The notes below the pieces were generated by a model. It was not told where the DNA came from and did not search any database. It was given only the letters and a program-made list of their open reading frames with translations. Shown here piece by piece: positions 18,991-29,886 of a DNA stretch of 64,000 bases (position 1 is its first letter; the number at the start of each line of letters is the position of its first letter). Origin of the DNA: Acidobacteriota bacterium (GTDB taxonomy: Bacteria > Acidobacteriota > UBA6911). The stretch is taken from contig OY761556.1 of assembly GCA_963664705.1 (NCBI GenBank), positions 6,368,001-6,432,000 of the forward strand, read 5' to 3'. Position numbers and translations under genes: made by a program.

Positions 18991-20297
18991 TAGTTCCCCG
19001 TCAGTGTCTGAATCATTGCGATGGCAATCCGATATCGGGAGAGTCCGTCAGCATAAGCATTGCGAGACTGAGCCAGCGTAGTTTGCGCGTCCACTACTTC
19101 CAGAGCGGTAGACTCCCCGGCCTCATACCGCAGGTTCGTTAACCTCAGGCTTTCGGCAGCTAAATCCAGCGACCGCTTCAGCGAATCTATTTGAGCGAAG
19201 GCGGCCCTTGCTTCCAGATACGAATTCCGGAGGTTTGAATTCAATTCCCGTTGGGTGAGCACCAGATCCAGCTGCGCCTGCTGCTTTCTCAACTCTGCCT
19301 GCTTGACTTTGCTCTTAGTCACCCACCAGTTGAAAATGGGAATGTTCAATGTTGCCTGGGCGCCGGATCCAAGACGACGGAATCCCGCCTCATCTCGAGC
19401 TGCAAACTGAGGAGAGTCGATGCCATAGAAATATTCGACCGAGAATGTAGGCATGTACCCACTGCGCGCGGCTGCTACGCCAAATTGTTCCTGGCTCACA
19501 TTTGCTTGCGCTGCGCGGAGATCCGGGCTGGTTTCGTTTGCCAACTTCTGGATCTGATTGAAATCAGCCAGTGTTGGCATCGATTCCAAATCATCAACCA
19601 CGGAAAAATCCGATGTAAGATCCGGGAAAATCAGAATTGCCAGCCCAATCTTATTTTTTTCCACTGAGAGCTGAGCATCCTGGAGATCGCGTTCCCGCTG
19701 TTGCAGCGTTAACTGAGCTTTTGCTACGTCGGCATAAGAGATCTCTCCGCCTCTTTCAAGTTTCTCCGTTATTTCAACAAAATGCTGTGCCTCATTCTTG
19801 CTCTGCTGGGCGTTGGCAAAATGCCTTTGGGATACCACTATTCCGTAGTAGTTCTGAAATACAGTTGTCACGAGCCCGCGCAAGGCAACGTCGCGCCTTG
19901 CAGTGGCTGCGGCTTCCGCGGCGATTGAACGCCTGTACTCCGCCAACCGGCCGGGAACAAATACATCCTGGCGAACCACTCCCTGGCTGACATATTCATG
20001 AACCCCATTGCTGCCGACAAAAACGCCTTCCGGAGTGCCGTTGCCCTGAGTGTAAATGTATTGATTGTGGTACTCAGCGGAAGGATAGAAGGCTGATTTC
20101 GCCAGGTAGCGATCAATGCGTGCAACATCGACCGCCACCGAAGCCGATTGAAACTGCGGGCTGTAAGTGCGGGCTCGTTCGAGAGCAGTCTTTATATCTA
20201 TTGTGACCGTTGCCTGTTGTCCTTTGACAGCTGCAGAGAACAAGCACATTCCGACCAAGATAAAGATCGGCAAGCGTACTACCAAATTCTTGAACAT
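18987..20297 (-). CDS. TolC-family outer membrane factor
   Basis: RYEAGESTALEVVDAQ repeat motif; start trimmed to MFKNLVVRL, which gives a signal peptide. Confidence 0.9.
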   Translation of the reverse strand: MFKNLVVRLPIFILVGMCLFSAAVKGQQATVTIDIKTALERARTYSPQFQSASVAVDVARIDRYLAKSAFYPSAEYHNQYIYTQGNGTPEGVFVGSNGVHEYVSQGVVRQDVFVPGRLAEYRRSIAAEAAATARRDVALRGLVTTVFQNYYGIVVSQRHFANAQQSKNEAQHFVEITEKLERGGEISYADVAKAQLTLQQRERDLQDAQLSVEKNKIGLAILIFPDLTSDFSVVDDLESMPTLADFNQIQKLANETSPDLRAAQANVSQEQFGVAAARSGYMPTFSVEYFYGIDSPQFAARDEAGFRRLGSGAQATLNIPIFNWWVTKSKVKQAELRKQQAQLDLVLTQRELNSNLRNSYLEARAAFAQIDSLKRSLDLAAESLRLTNLRYEAGESTALEVVDAQTTLAQSRNAYADGLSRYRIAIAMIQTLTGNY

Positions 20298-20521
20298 AGA
20301 ATCCTCTAAAGAAATAGGATCTTGATTCCGGTCTCCTGAGAGTGCGAGCTTATCATTCATACTGGCTAGCGCAGGCAACGAGCAGGACGGTGAAGGTTGC
20401 ACGCTCGGCAGCTGAAACTTAGGCTCCCATTTGCCCTCATGTTCATAGGCAGGTACTCCAAAAACAATGAAAATCATCCTGCAACGCCTGCCGGGATGCC
20501 GCATTTCACGCATTGCTGCGG

Positions 20522-21583
20522 CTACAAGGCAGTAGCGCGATAGAATCGGATCTCTGCAGTTCGTCCGCTTTCTTGCGGCACAGCAAGAAAAAGTCCGTCC
20601 AACTCGGGCACGAAGAGCGAGGTTGCGGCGCCCTTCGCCGTGGATACCTTAGTAACGGATATATAGTGATCTGCATCCTGCTGCCGAATAACCTCGATGA
20701 CTCCTGTGCTGCAGGATGCATAGATCAATCTGCGCTTGGCATCATAATAGATGCCATCGCAGCCTTCGTCGATGTCCAGGCCGGCGATAGATTTGCCCGT
20801 AGCCGTATTAAGAACAACGAACTTGCCCGAATCGCACCCCACAAAAAGCCTGTGGTGCTGACGATCAAAGCCCATTGGAACATTCTCTTTGCCTACGGTT
20901 ATTGGCCAGGTTCCGATCACCGCCCCTTTGGCAATGTCCACAATAGCAACGTGGTTATCCGATGGGACGTTGACGTAAATCAGGTTGCCGTCTATCTCAA
21001 ACTGTTTTGGGTAATTCGCCAGCGGGATTTCGCCCCGCACAATGTCATGGCGCGTGTCAATCATGCCCAGTGCTCCGAAAGTCTTGCCTACGCCCACAAA
21101 GAGGAGGCCGCTGGCCGCATCGTAGCGCAAGTTATTGCACTTTTCCCTGAACTGAAAAGTCTTCACTGGCTCAAGTGTCTCCGAATCCAGGGCTGTGACC
21201 CGTGCATCGCCGGCAGTGGCGACATAGAGGCGTTTGGCTTCAGGGCGGTAGTTGAACCACTTGGGCTCATCGAAACCGGGCAAGCTGCGCAGGGGTTTCA
21301 TAGCTGCCAAATCCAGCACTTCTATGGAGTGATTGCTCTCAGCAGCGACAAACAGGCGATGCCCCCGCAGGTCTACGGCCATCAAATCGAATTCGCCCCG
21401 TACCGCAGGCAACGGGATGATTCGTTCAAGGCGCAGCAGCGGGGAGGAAATTGCAGTAGTTGGAGAACCCGGCTTACAGCCAGCAAAATTGAGAGCTGTT
21501 GCCACAATCGCCACTGTCGCGAGCCATGTATAACTGATCTTCATTCGCATAACCATTGTTGTAGAAGAAATAAAGTCATGCAC
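20522..21583 (-). CDS. YncE/YVTN-type beta-propeller lipoprotein
   Basis: Lipobox FAGC; repeated RLFVA/RLYVA/LLFVG/RLFVG/RLIYA blades; start uncertain. Confidence 0.8.
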   Translation of the reverse strand: MHDFISSTTMVMRMKISYTWLATVAIVATALNFAGCKPGSPTTAISSPLLRLERIIPLPAVRGEFDLMAVDLRGHRLFVAAESNHSIEVLDLAAMKPLRSLPGFDEPKWFNYRPEAKRLYVATAGDARVTALDSETLEPVKTFQFREKCNNLRYDAASGLLFVGVGKTFGALGMIDTRHDIVRGEIPLANYPKQFEIDGNLIYVNVPSDNHVAIVDIAKGAVIGTWPITVGKENVPMGFDRQHHRLFVGCDSGKFVVLNTATGKSIAGLDIDEGCDGIYYDAKRRLIYASCSTGVIEVIRQQDADHYISVTKVSTAKGAATSLFVPELDGLFLAVPQESGRTAEIRFYRATAL

Positions 21584-21794
21584 CTTTTTGGAAGTTGACG
21601 GTGCGATTCTAACGGACCTGTTATGTGCCTTTCAACTACGATTGTTTTGATTTAGAGACACTTCCCTTAGGAGAGGGAAGATAGCTAAGCAGCCGGGACA
21701 GATTATTGGAGATTCCTATTTCACATCCCCAATCCCCCTCTCTTCGGTCTGAGACAAGAAGAGTATACTGGTAACGAGGACAGGAGGTACGGCT

Positions 21795-22436
21795 ATGGAG
21801 GGAATAGAAAAGACTTATTTTCATAGTTTGTATCAGTTGGTTGCGACGCTGAACTCAACGCGTTCTGCCGAGAATATCTTCCACTCTATTGTTGAGGATG
21901 TGGCAAAGGCAATGGACGCGAAGGGCTGTTCATTGTTGTTGCTTACGCCTGATAGAAAAGAACTCATGCGCATCACAGCCTATGGGTTGAGCGACTGGTA
22001 TGCCCGAATCGGACCTGCCTTAGCTGACAAGAGCATGTCAGAGTCTCTGGAAGGCGAAGTAGTGGCGGTGTTGGACGCGACTACGGATGAAAGGGTGCAA
22101 TTCAGAAAACAGGTTGCACAGGAGGGGATAGCCTCCATTCTCAGTGTTCCGGTTAAGTTGAGAGAGACAGTCATCGGTGTTATGCGGGTTTATTCTTCTG
22201 AGCAGCGTCAATTCACCGATACAGATGCCTCCTTTGCCAGTGCGGCGGCGAATTTTGGCGCCATTGCATTGGAAAGCGCAAAATTTTACCAGACCCTGCA
22301 GAAAAGCTATGACGATCTTCGGGAGGAACTGCTGCAACGGAATTCAAATCTTGGCTATGAGTGGTCAGCGGAAGGGTCTATCGTAGCTGCTCCAAAGGAA
22401 GATGTAGAATTCCCATACGCGCCTCCGGGAGGTTAG
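21795..22436 (+). CDS. Stand-alone GAF domain protein
   Basis: AKGCSLLLL...EGIASILSVPV...VIGVMRVY...FT..D...A.ALE GAF signature; GGAGG RBS; no output domain. Confidence 0.85.
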   Translation: MEGIEKTYFHSLYQLVATLNSTRSAENIFHSIVEDVAKAMDAKGCSLLLLTPDRKELMRITAYGLSDWYARIGPALADKSMSESLEGEVVAVLDATTDERVQFRKQVAQEGIASILSVPVKLRETVIGVMRVYSSEQRQFTDTDASFASAAANFGAIALESAKFYQTLQKSYDDLREELLQRNSNLGYEWSAEGSIVAAPKEDVEFPYAPPGG

Positions 22437-22528
22437 CTGCCGGTACAGTACCACTGGTCTGCTTGTCTGCTCCGTTGGGTGCGAACGAATAGCGGCCGGG
22501 ATCAGAGCCAACCTGATCCTGGCCCACT

Positions 22529-23230
22529 CTATCGACGCGCATTCCGTAACACTGAGGACATTTTGTCCGCCACATCCTTTGAAAGTCCGCTTTCCTGTAA
22601 GCGCTTTACCGCACTTTCTACGTCATACCGGATTCGCTTCAAAATCACTTCGCCATCTTCCCAAACGGCTAAACAGCCGCGCGGGTCGCCATCGGTAGGC
22701 ATGCCTAGGCTGCCGGGATTCACCACTGTCAATCGGCCAATTTTTCTTATAAATGGCCAATGAGTATGGCCAACAAACAGCCACTCTTCCTGATCTGATA
22801 GTTCTCCAACCGCAGCCAGCCATTCTGATTCAGAAGCATCGCCATTCAGATATTCAAAAAGAGGATCGCGCGGCGTAGCGTGTATCAGATGTAACGTAGC
22901 GCCTTCCGCCCGATAGATGGATCCGGCTGGAAGTGAACGCATATAGTCCATCGATTCCTGGCTTATCACTGAACGAAAATGAGAACGCGTGGCAATCGAG
23001 AGCGCATAAGAATTGGAAGAACTGCGGCAGTCAGCTCCGGTTGCCATCGCGAAATCATGATTCCCGCTGATGGCGGTTGCTTCTCTCTCTCGAACCCAGC
23101 GCACCGCCTCTTCCGGTGAAGCGCCGTAGTCCACTATATCCCCGAGAACCAGCAGATCATCGAATTGTTCATCGATGGACTGCAAAGCATCGATATTGGC
23201 GTGGATATCGGTAAGAATTAGATAGCGCAC
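22529..23230 (-). CDS. Calcineurin-like metallophosphoesterase (YfcE/MJ0912 family)
   Basis: DIHAN, LGDIVDYG, GNHD, GHTH and NPGS motifs. Confidence 0.92.
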   Translation of the reverse strand: MRYLILTDIHANIDALQSIDEQFDDLLVLGDIVDYGASPEEAVRWVREREATAISGNHDFAMATGADCRSSSNSYALSIATRSHFRSVISQESMDYMRSLPAGSIYRAEGATLHLIHATPRDPLFEYLNGDASESEWLAAVGELSDQEEWLFVGHTHWPFIRKIGRLTVVNPGSLGMPTDGDPRGCLAVWEDGEVILKRIRYDVESAVKRLQESGLSKDVADKMSSVLRNARR

Positions 23231-23243
23231 CTGCGGGCCTCCT

Positions 23244-24452
23244 CTATTTCAAAATTCTAGGCATCAACGCGGGATCTTTCCGCACAGACATGAGCAACGG
23301 AATTGAGGCAAATTGAGACAACATTGAGAATCCTATTACCCACATCATCGAGAGTTCATAGAGATAACCCATGAGCGCGCTTCCCAAAAACCAGAAGATT
23401 CCATAACCGGTATTGAAGATGCCATATGCAGTGCCCCGCTTGTCGGCCGGAACAATTTCTGCAACAGCCGCTCTCATGACAGATTCCTGTGCTCCCATGC
23501 CCGCGCCCCAGAGAACCATACCAGTGAGACTCGTGAAAAAACCTCCAAGCAGAACCAGGGGTGCAAAGAATACCGACACAAGGACAGAAATAATCAGGAC
23601 GATGATACCCCTGCGGTCGAAAAGCCGTCCAAAAATCAATGCCGCAATAGCATCGACTCCCATCGCTACGGCATAGAAAATCGGAATCCAGTCGCGTGGA
23701 ACTGTAGCGGCCTTTTGGAAATGGAAAGCGATCAAAGGAAAATCCGCATAACCTGCCGCAACTAGAGCCATTGCCAGCACGTAGATCCGGAAAACCTTAG
23801 AGAGCCCTTCTGCCCGCAATGGCGGAGCGGCCGGTTCAAGGCTGCGAGGACGCGGATATAGCAGTGCTGCGGTTGCCAACACGCAAATTGCAAGTATTGC
23901 TGGTATGAGCAGGACAGCAAAACCGTTTCTGTAACTCCCCCTGAAATACAGAATTGCTGCCACGATAAGCGGTCCAAGTATGGCGCCGATCTGGTCCATC
24001 GCCTCGTGTAGAGCGAAGCCCCACCCGCGTCCCATTTCCGAGGTGGCATGGGACAGCATGACGTCTCGTACAGGAGTCCGCACTCCCTTGCCAGTGCGCT
24101 CGGCTATCATCAAAAGCGCTGCGGCTTGCCAACTGCCGGCCAGTGCGAGAAGCGGAACGGCAATCATATTTACAGCGTACCCGAAGATTGTTATTCCCCA
24201 ATATTTTCCTGTCCTGTCCGCGAAATAACCTGAAACCAAGCGCACGCAATAGCCGATCAATTCTCCTAGGCCTGAAACAAAACCAACAATTATGGCATTC
24301 GCACCCAAGAGAGCCAGAAACGGACCGGCAATACTGCGCGCGCCCTCATAGGTGATGTCTGCGAAGAGACTCACTGCCCCCAACAAAATGACAAACATTA
24401 CAGCGGGACGACGCACAGTATTTTGGCGGGCTTTGGATTCAGGCATATGCAA
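23244..24452 (-). CDS. MFS transporter
   Basis: About 12 TM segments; VSLFADITYE, SGYFADRTG, GKGVRTPVRD and GRLFDRRG motifs. Confidence 0.92.
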   Translation of the reverse strand: MHMPESKARQNTVRRPAVMFVILLGAVSLFADITYEGARSIAGPFLALLGANAIIVGFVSGLGELIGYCVRLVSGYFADRTGKYWGITIFGYAVNMIAVPLLALAGSWQAAALLMIAERTGKGVRTPVRDVMLSHATSEMGRGWGFALHEAMDQIGAILGPLIVAAILYFRGSYRNGFAVLLIPAILAICVLATAALLYPRPRSLEPAAPPLRAEGLSKVFRIYVLAMALVAAGYADFPLIAFHFQKAATVPRDWIPIFYAVAMGVDAIAALIFGRLFDRRGIIVLIISVLVSVFFAPLVLLGGFFTSLTGMVLWGAGMGAQESVMRAAVAEIVPADKRGTAYGIFNTGYGIFWFLGSALMGYLYELSMMWVIGFSMLSQFASIPLLMSVRKDPALMPRILK

Positions 24453-24471
24453 TCATCGGAACATATAATCG

Positions 24472-25755
24472 TTAGATCGGGGATTTAAACACGGCCGCGC
24501 TTCCAAGCTCTGCTTCAATTTCCAGGAGCCGGTTGTATTTCGCAATTCGCTCACTCCTGCAGGCAGAGCCGCTTTTGATTTGCCCCCCACCCATGGCAAC
24601 CGCAAAGTCTGCCATGAACGCGTCTTCAGTTTCACCGGAGCGATGAGAGATGACAAAGCCCCAACCGGCTTTCCTGCAGAGCTGAATCGCTTCTATGGTT
24701 TCCGTTACGCTTCCGATCTGGTTCAGCTTGATGAGAACAGCATTGGTCGACTTTTCAGCAATTCCGCGCGCGATGAATTTGGTGTTCGTTACATACAGAT
24801 CATCACCCACAATCTGAATTTTTGATCCCAGCGCGGCCGTATGTTCGCGGAAACCATCCCAGTCGTTCTCAGCCAGGCCATCTTCAATGGAGATCACTTG
24901 ATATTTATCGATCCAGGTCTTGTAGAGGGCCGTCATCTCAGCGCTTGTCTTTTTGCCCTGGCCGGACTTGGAGAGGTTGTAAACGCCGCCTTCGAAGAAT
25001 GAGCTGGCTGCCGGATCCAGAGCGATGCCGATATCTTTGCCGGGTTTATATCCTGCGCTCTGAATCGCCTCGACGATTACCTCGCAGGCTTCATCGTTGC
25101 TTTTGAGATTTGGCGCGAATCCACCTTCATCTCCCACGGCCGTGGCATACCCCTTTTTCTTGAGTATCTTCTTCAATGTGTGAAAGACTTCAGCGCTGTA
25201 GCGAAGTCCTTCGGCAAAAGTCGGAGCCCCGATAGGCATTACCATGAACTCCTGGAGGTCAACGCTGTTGTCGGCATGCTTTCCACCATTGAGGATATTC
25301 ATCATCGGCACGGGAACCTGAACGGCGCCGGGTCCGCCAAGATAAGCGTACAGCGGAAGATTGGCAGAAAGAGCTGCCGCGCGCGCCACAGCCATAGAGA
25401 CGCCGAGAATCGCATTCGCTCCCAAATTGGTTTTGTTGGGCGTTCCATCCAGATCAATCATGGCGCGGTCGATTTCTACCTGGAGGCTGGGATTCATACC
25501 AACGATTTTTGGAGCGATGGTCTTATTGACATTAGTTACAGCCTTTAGCACGCCTTTGCCGTCATAGCGTTTTTTATCATCGTCCCGCAGCTCGCAGGCC
25601 TCATTTTCTCCCGTGGAGGCTCCGGATGGCACGGATGCACTTGCGATTACCCCATTCTCCAGGGTCACAAAGGCTCGAAGAGTCGGATTCCCTCGTGAAT
25701 CCAAAATTTCCATGGCTCTAACTGCATTAATTTTTTGATTTCTCTTATGGCTCAT
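24472..25755 (-). CDS. eno: Enolase (phosphopyruvate hydratase)
   Basis: [43 protein letters not shown] and SHRSGETED motifs; start at ATG 25755 after AAGGAG. Confidence 0.98.
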   Translation of the reverse strand: MSHKRNQKINAVRAMEILDSRGNPTLRAFVTLENGVIASASVPSGASTGENEACELRDDDKKRYDGKGVLKAVTNVNKTIAPKIVGMNPSLQVEIDRAMIDLDGTPNKTNLGANAILGVSMAVARAAALSANLPLYAYLGGPGAVQVPVPMMNILNGGKHADNSVDLQEFMVMPIGAPTFAEGLRYSAEVFHTLKKILKKKGYATAVGDEGGFAPNLKSNDEACEVIVEAIQSAGYKPGKDIGIALDPAASSFFEGGVYNLSKSGQGKKTSAEMTALYKTWIDKYQVISIEDGLAENDWDGFREHTAALGSKIQIVGDDLYVTNTKFIARGIAEKSTNAVLIKLNQIGSVTETIEAIQLCRKAGWGFVISHRSGETEDAFMADFAVAMGGGQIKSGSACRSERIAKYNRLLEIEAELGSAAVFKSPI

Positions 25756-25810
25756 GATTTCTCCTTTTCGAATAAGGATCTCTCGGTCCAAAGCTATGCC
25801 GACAACGCGA

Positions 25811-27487
25811 TTATTGCAGCCTGATCGTGTTTTTCATCAATTCTATTTCTTCAAGACTTGTCCGGATCTCCTGCGAATCCGAACGTGTTGTCGAGAGCAG
25901 TGCTTCGATGGTCAGGATCTGTTCATGCACATTTTTCTCGGCATCGCGTTGCATTTTCAGAATTGCGTTATTGATATTCTCGGTCCACTGCGATGCTAAA
26001 CGTGACAGGTTCTTTTCAGTTTCATAGGGAATCCGATTTATGAAGTGCTTGTCCGCCCAGGACCGAAACAGCCACATCGGAATTACAAACCAGAGCAAGT
26101 CAGTGTTGAACATGAATAGGTTGCCTATCGCGATGTCTGGTATGGTTGGCCTCTTTAGCTCGATCTCGAACGGCTCAACAGAAAAGCGCATGCCTAGAGC
26201 CTGTTCGATATTGCCGGCAAGACGATCGCGGAATCCCTGTACTGCTCTCGTCAAAGTCTCACGTGCCTCCTCGAGGGAAGCAATAAACAGGTCTCCGTCT
26301 CTGAGAGAAATCTCCTTCATTTCACGCCGCATAGACTCATCGAGCCAGCCCTCGAATGCGCGGCTCAGATTCCAGAGGTTCGATTGCAGCCCGGACAGCT
26401 TTTCCCTAAGCTCTAGCGTGATCCGCTTTTTGATATCGGGTCTCAGTTCTTCCATCCGTTTCATGAGCCAGGGGCGCGTCCGGCCGGCGCATTCTGCTGC
26501 TAATGCCTGCAATTCCATCCGGACCGATTCATGGCTGGTCTTCTCGTTCAGGATTTGCATCTTGAGCCTGGACCTGTCAGCATCCATGCGCTCCGCAGCA
26601 GCCAGAGCCAGAGAAAGATATTCCGTGGCCTTACTGAGTAATGAACCAAATTTGAATTGGGCGATCTCATAACGGGTGGTATCGCTGTTCTCCACCAGTG
26701 GAAGCAAAAGCTCGTGGTCCAGTGTTAATTGCAGGTGCTCATAATCCTGACGTACTGAAAACGGCACGATCTTAAACTCGGAACCGAATTCCTTCATCAG
26801 TTCCGCGCGGATGAATTCCGTGATTTCTTGCCTCTCGCTTTCGGTCACCAGATCCGATTTTGTAAGTAGGATGACAATCTTCGGCGTGTAACCGAGCAGG
26901 GTGCGGATGAGTTCGACATCATGTTTGGACAGCGGAGGATCTACGCTGACGGTCACCAGTGCTAGTCCCACTTTAGGCAACCAATCCAATGCCATTTCGG
27001 TATTGTGCTGAAACACGCTCTCCAGCCCGGGAGTGTCCACAAATTGCAGGCAACGATAAGGCTTCAGCGAAGGCAACTCGATGGTAACCGAAGCGACCTT
27101 TTTCATGTTCATCGGGTTTTCAGCTTCGGAAACAAATAATTCTACAGATTCTAGAGGGACAGTCTCCGATTTGCCGCCGTAGTACTGAACTGTCGTCCGT
27201 TCTTGCGGGCTATAGCGGAGACGTGTGATGACTGCAGTAACCGGAGTCACACCGACCGGCAAGACAGATCTCTTGGCAAGCAGATTTAGAAGCGAACTTT
27301 TTCCCGCCTTGAACCGGCCGAAAACCCCGACATCGATCAGGTCTTCCGCCTCCAGAACTGATCCGCAGGCCTCCAAATTGGGCTGGATTGCAGAGAGAGA
27401 GTACTTCTCCTGAATGACTTGGATTCGTTCCAGGACATCTCTAAGAGTGCCGTTCGCTTTACCGATTATTTTAGGATGGGCCATCAC
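25811..27487 (-). CDS. Bacterial dynamin-like GTPase A
   Basis: G1 [11 protein letters not shown]2 GVTPVT, G3 DTPG, G4 TKSD, a long helical stalk and a hydrophobic paddle [11 protein letters not shown]. Confidence 0.88.
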   Translation of the reverse strand: MMAHPKIIGKANGTLRDVLERIQVIQEKYSLSAIQPNLEACGSVLEAEDLIDVGVFGRFKAGKSSLLNLLAKRSVLPVGVTPVTAVITRLRYSPQERTTVQYYGGKSETVPLESVELFVSEAENPMNMKKVASVTIELPSLKPYRCLQFVDTPGLESVFQHNTEMALDWLPKVGLALVTVSVDPPLSKHDVELIRTLLGYTPKIVILLTKSDLVTESERQEITEFIRAELMKEFGSEFKIVPFSVRQDYEHLQLTLDHELLLPLVENSDTTRYEIAQFKFGSLLSKATEYLSLALAAAERMDADRSRLKMQILNEKTSHESVRMELQALAAECAGRTRPWLMKRMEELRPDIKKRITLELREKLSGLQSNLWNLSRAFEGWLDESMRREMKEISLRDGDLFIASLEEARETLTRAVQGFRDRLAGNIEQALGMRFSVEPFEIELKRPTIPDIAIGNLFMFNTDLLWFVIPMWLFRSWADKHFINRIPYETEKNLSRLASQWTENINNAILKMQRDAEKNVHEQILTIEALLSTTRSDSQEIRTSLEEIELMKNTIRLQ

Positions 27488-27496
27488 TTAGTCCTG

Positions 27497-27536
27497 AAAG
27501 CAAAAACCCCACCTCGGAAATTCCCGGGCGGGGTTC
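27497..27536 (-). terminator. Intrinsic terminator in the fluoride riboswitch 1 leader
   Basis: AACCCCGCCCGGGAA-tttCCGAGGTGGGGTTTTTGCTTT. Confidence 0.75.
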
Positions 27537-27579
27537 TTATTCTCAAACTATGCCCTACCCTGGTGTCGGTTGAGGTTCG

Positions 27580-27628
27580 GGTAGGAGTTATCAGGCCATC
27601 GGCCGGTTATCTGGCGAACTCCATCGCC
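27580..27628 (-). ncRNA. Fluoride (crcB) riboswitch 1
   Basis: GGCGATGGAGTTCGCC-agatAACC-ggcc-gat-ggcc-TGATAACTCCTACC; promoter TTGCGC/TATGAT just upstream. Confidence 0.93.
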
Positions 27629-27679
27629 AAAACATCATCATAACAACGGCACTAATGCTGCGCAAGTCAGTGTGAAGGC

Positions 27680-28105
27680 TTAGCTCTTCACTATCAGTAC
27701 GCTGCAATGCGCGTGATCGCTGACACGGTCCGCCGTGTCGCCCAGCAACCGTCCCCACAATCCGGAGTGGTCGCTGTGACCAATGATGATCAGATCACAT
27801 TGCTTCTCGTCCGCCGCCATGACAATCGTTTTTGCGGGATGGCCCGAACGAGACTCGCATTCAATGGCAATACCGTACTGCTTTGCAATGGCCTCAACTT
27901 CCCCACGACGCTCTTTGAAGTATTCCTGCGCAGCTTCCGTCTCCTCTTCGAACTCCCCAGGCAAATCCGAGTAACGTGGAAGCGGCTCTCGAACCCAGAG
28001 AGCCGTGAACCTGGCGTCATACTCTTTAGCCAATATTGCGGCTCTTTGCAGAGCCTTTTTTGAACTGTTCGATCCGTCATAGCCCACGAGGATGTTTTTG
28101 AACAT
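27680..28105 (-). CDS. Universal stress protein
   Basis: FKNILVGYDGS...DLIIIG...LLGDTADRV...AHCSVLIVK. Confidence 0.95.
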   Translation of the reverse strand: MFKNILVGYDGSNSSKKALQRAAILAKEYDARFTALWVREPLPRYSDLPGEFEEETEAAQEYFKERRGEVEAIAKQYGIAIECESRSGHPAKTIVMAADEKQCDLIIIGHSDHSGLWGRLLGDTADRVSDHAHCSVLIVKS

Positions 28106-28112
28106 TTGTTCC

Positions 28113-29330
28113 TCACTTTCCGCTGGTTATCGGAGCCTTCGCGCTTTTACCATTGATTCTTCGAGTGTATGTAACGCCCCACTCGATCATCGTCTCGATC
28201 TTCGGTTGAAAGAGTTTCTGAGCGATAAGGGTCGGCACAAATGCGCTCAGAATGACTACTGTCACAAGAATCGTATATTGCTTCTCATCGATGATCTTAT
28301 TCTGAAGGCCGAAAAGTGCAGAAATCGTACCGAAGGTCAGTCCGGTTGCCATGAGCAAGGTGGTGTAATTCGCTTCCCGGGTGGCCATGTAAAAGGCCTT
28401 GGTCGATGGTCAGACTCCCAGAAATTTCGTTGCGAGCTTCAATCCCAGCAAAACCACAATTATGCCCAGCGATGCCCATAGTGCGGGGAGTGAAACGTAA
28501 AGACCGGCTTTTATGAAGTAGAACGGAGTGAAGATTGCGAAAGCGATACTGCGCATACGGTGCACCAGCGTTTTATCGCGAAGGAATACACCTGCCACTA
28601 CCAGACCGACCAGATAAGCCGGGAGAACCGCTTCACTCTTGGCGGTCGACGCGAGTCCCCCCAAGAAGAAAAGAGTGAGAAAGATGAACTTTACTTCAGG
28701 CTCACTGACGCGTGTCGCGCCGAATGTATCGATCAGGAGCCTCGTCCACTTTGGTAGGAACCATAATGCGATCGATAGAACCACAACGAAAACCACAAGC
28801 CAGATGTCGAATTTGGCGAATAGGGTACCAAGAGCAAGAACGGTTCCGAAATCCGTTATGAAGCATGCCGCCAGAATCGTTTTGCCGAGGGCCGTCTCCC
28901 CAAGCCCGCCCTCAATCATAACGGCATAAACAACCGCGACAGATGTGGTCGAAAGGGCTATCCCGGCGATCTGCGCCTGGTGCAACGGCCACCCCAGCAC
29001 ATACTGTGCGAATATCCAGACGAAAACAAACGGAAGCAGAAAAGAGAGGATACCGATCGTGAGGCTGGCGCGAAGACTGGAACGCAGAGAAGCGGGATCG
29101 ATCTCAGCGCCTGCAAGGAATGTCAATACGCCGCTTCCGAGCATTGCCAGAAAGTTGGTCCATTCTGTAGTCTTCAGGATGTGGTGTTGGGCGCCGAACT
29201 GAAAATTCCCTGCGATTACTCCGACAACAATTTCGATCAAAGCTACTGAAATACCTGTGCGAATCGAGACTAGGCTGGCAACGAAGGCCAGCGCCATCCA
29301 TATGGCGGCTACATACCAGATATTATCCAT
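28113..29330 (-). pseudogene. Cation:proton antiporter (CPA2/Na_H_Exchanger) interrupted by one in-frame TGA
   Basis: TFLAGAEID, ALSTTSVAVV, ACFITD and FTPFYF motifs. The frame continues KFLGV*PSTKAFYMATREANYTTLLMATGLTFG through TGA 28412-28410. Confidence 0.85.
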
Positions 29331-29343
29331 GTTGTTCCTTGAG

Positions 29344-29703
29344 CTAGGTTCCCGTTTTTTCAGGAGGCACTTGCGAGGACCTGTAATCTATCACCTTCGC
29401 TTGTTCCAAAGTAACAAGGCCTCCGTTCATCATCCCATCGATTGCAGAAAGGAACGCGTTGATCCTCTCTTCAGTATCGATAATTTCAACAACCAGTGGC
29501 AGGTCCGACGAGATGTGCAGGGGCTTGGCCGCATGCAACCTGCTGGACAAACCATACCCCAAAGGACCTCGCAGCACGGTGGCGCCGGCCATATGCATTT
29601 GGCGGGCCTTGAGAACCAGGGCTTCATAAAGAGGTTGGTGCTTCCATCGGTCGCTTTCGCCAAGGAAGATTCGCAACAGCATCGCATCGTGTGGGAGATG
29701 CAT
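29344..29703 (-). CDS. DUF190 (PII-like, COG1993) protein
   Basis: LLRIFLGESD...PLYEALV...AGATVLRG..GYG...DLPLVVEIID; start after AAGGAG. Confidence 0.92.
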   Translation of the reverse strand: MHLPHDAMLLRIFLGESDRWKHQPLYEALVLKARQMHMAGATVLRGPLGYGLSSRLHAAKPLHISSDLPLVVEIIDTEERINAFLSAIDGMMNGGLVTLEQAKVIDYRSSQVPPEKTGT

Positions 29704-29846
29704 ATCAGGCTCCTTCATAAGAACAGATTCCTGGAACGCTATTCCCAATCCAAGCCCCGTCTGATTCTTCAGGTGAAGTATGCCGAAATTCTAGAAGAAA
29801 AACTGGTGCTGCCACTCACTTCATGCCGTATACCGAATTCGGGCAT

Positions 29847-29886
29847 AAAAAAACTCCTACCGAATCACGTTGGTCCGGGTAGGAGT
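29847..29886 (-). terminator. Terminator overlapping the 3' end of fluoride riboswitch 2
   Basis: ACTCCTACC...GGTAGGAGT-TTTTTT. Confidence 0.85.

Noticed and set aside
20513-21598. 361-aa plus-strand ORF, and similar ORFs at 16763-17938, 26040-26672, 29257-29898 and 54572-55252
   Set aside because: They are antisense shadows of well-supported genes and show no motifs.
28410-28412. TGA recoding (genetic code 4/25 or selenocysteine)
   Set aside because: Many genes here end in TGA with ATGA overlaps and use TGG for Trp, and the position is not a Cys-type site.
29704-29846. Decayed fluc/crcB remnant (SGSTSFSS and AWIG resemble GGFTTFSS and VWLG)
   Set aside because: The matches are short, lie in different frames and are too close together; this cannot be distinguished from chance without an alignment.
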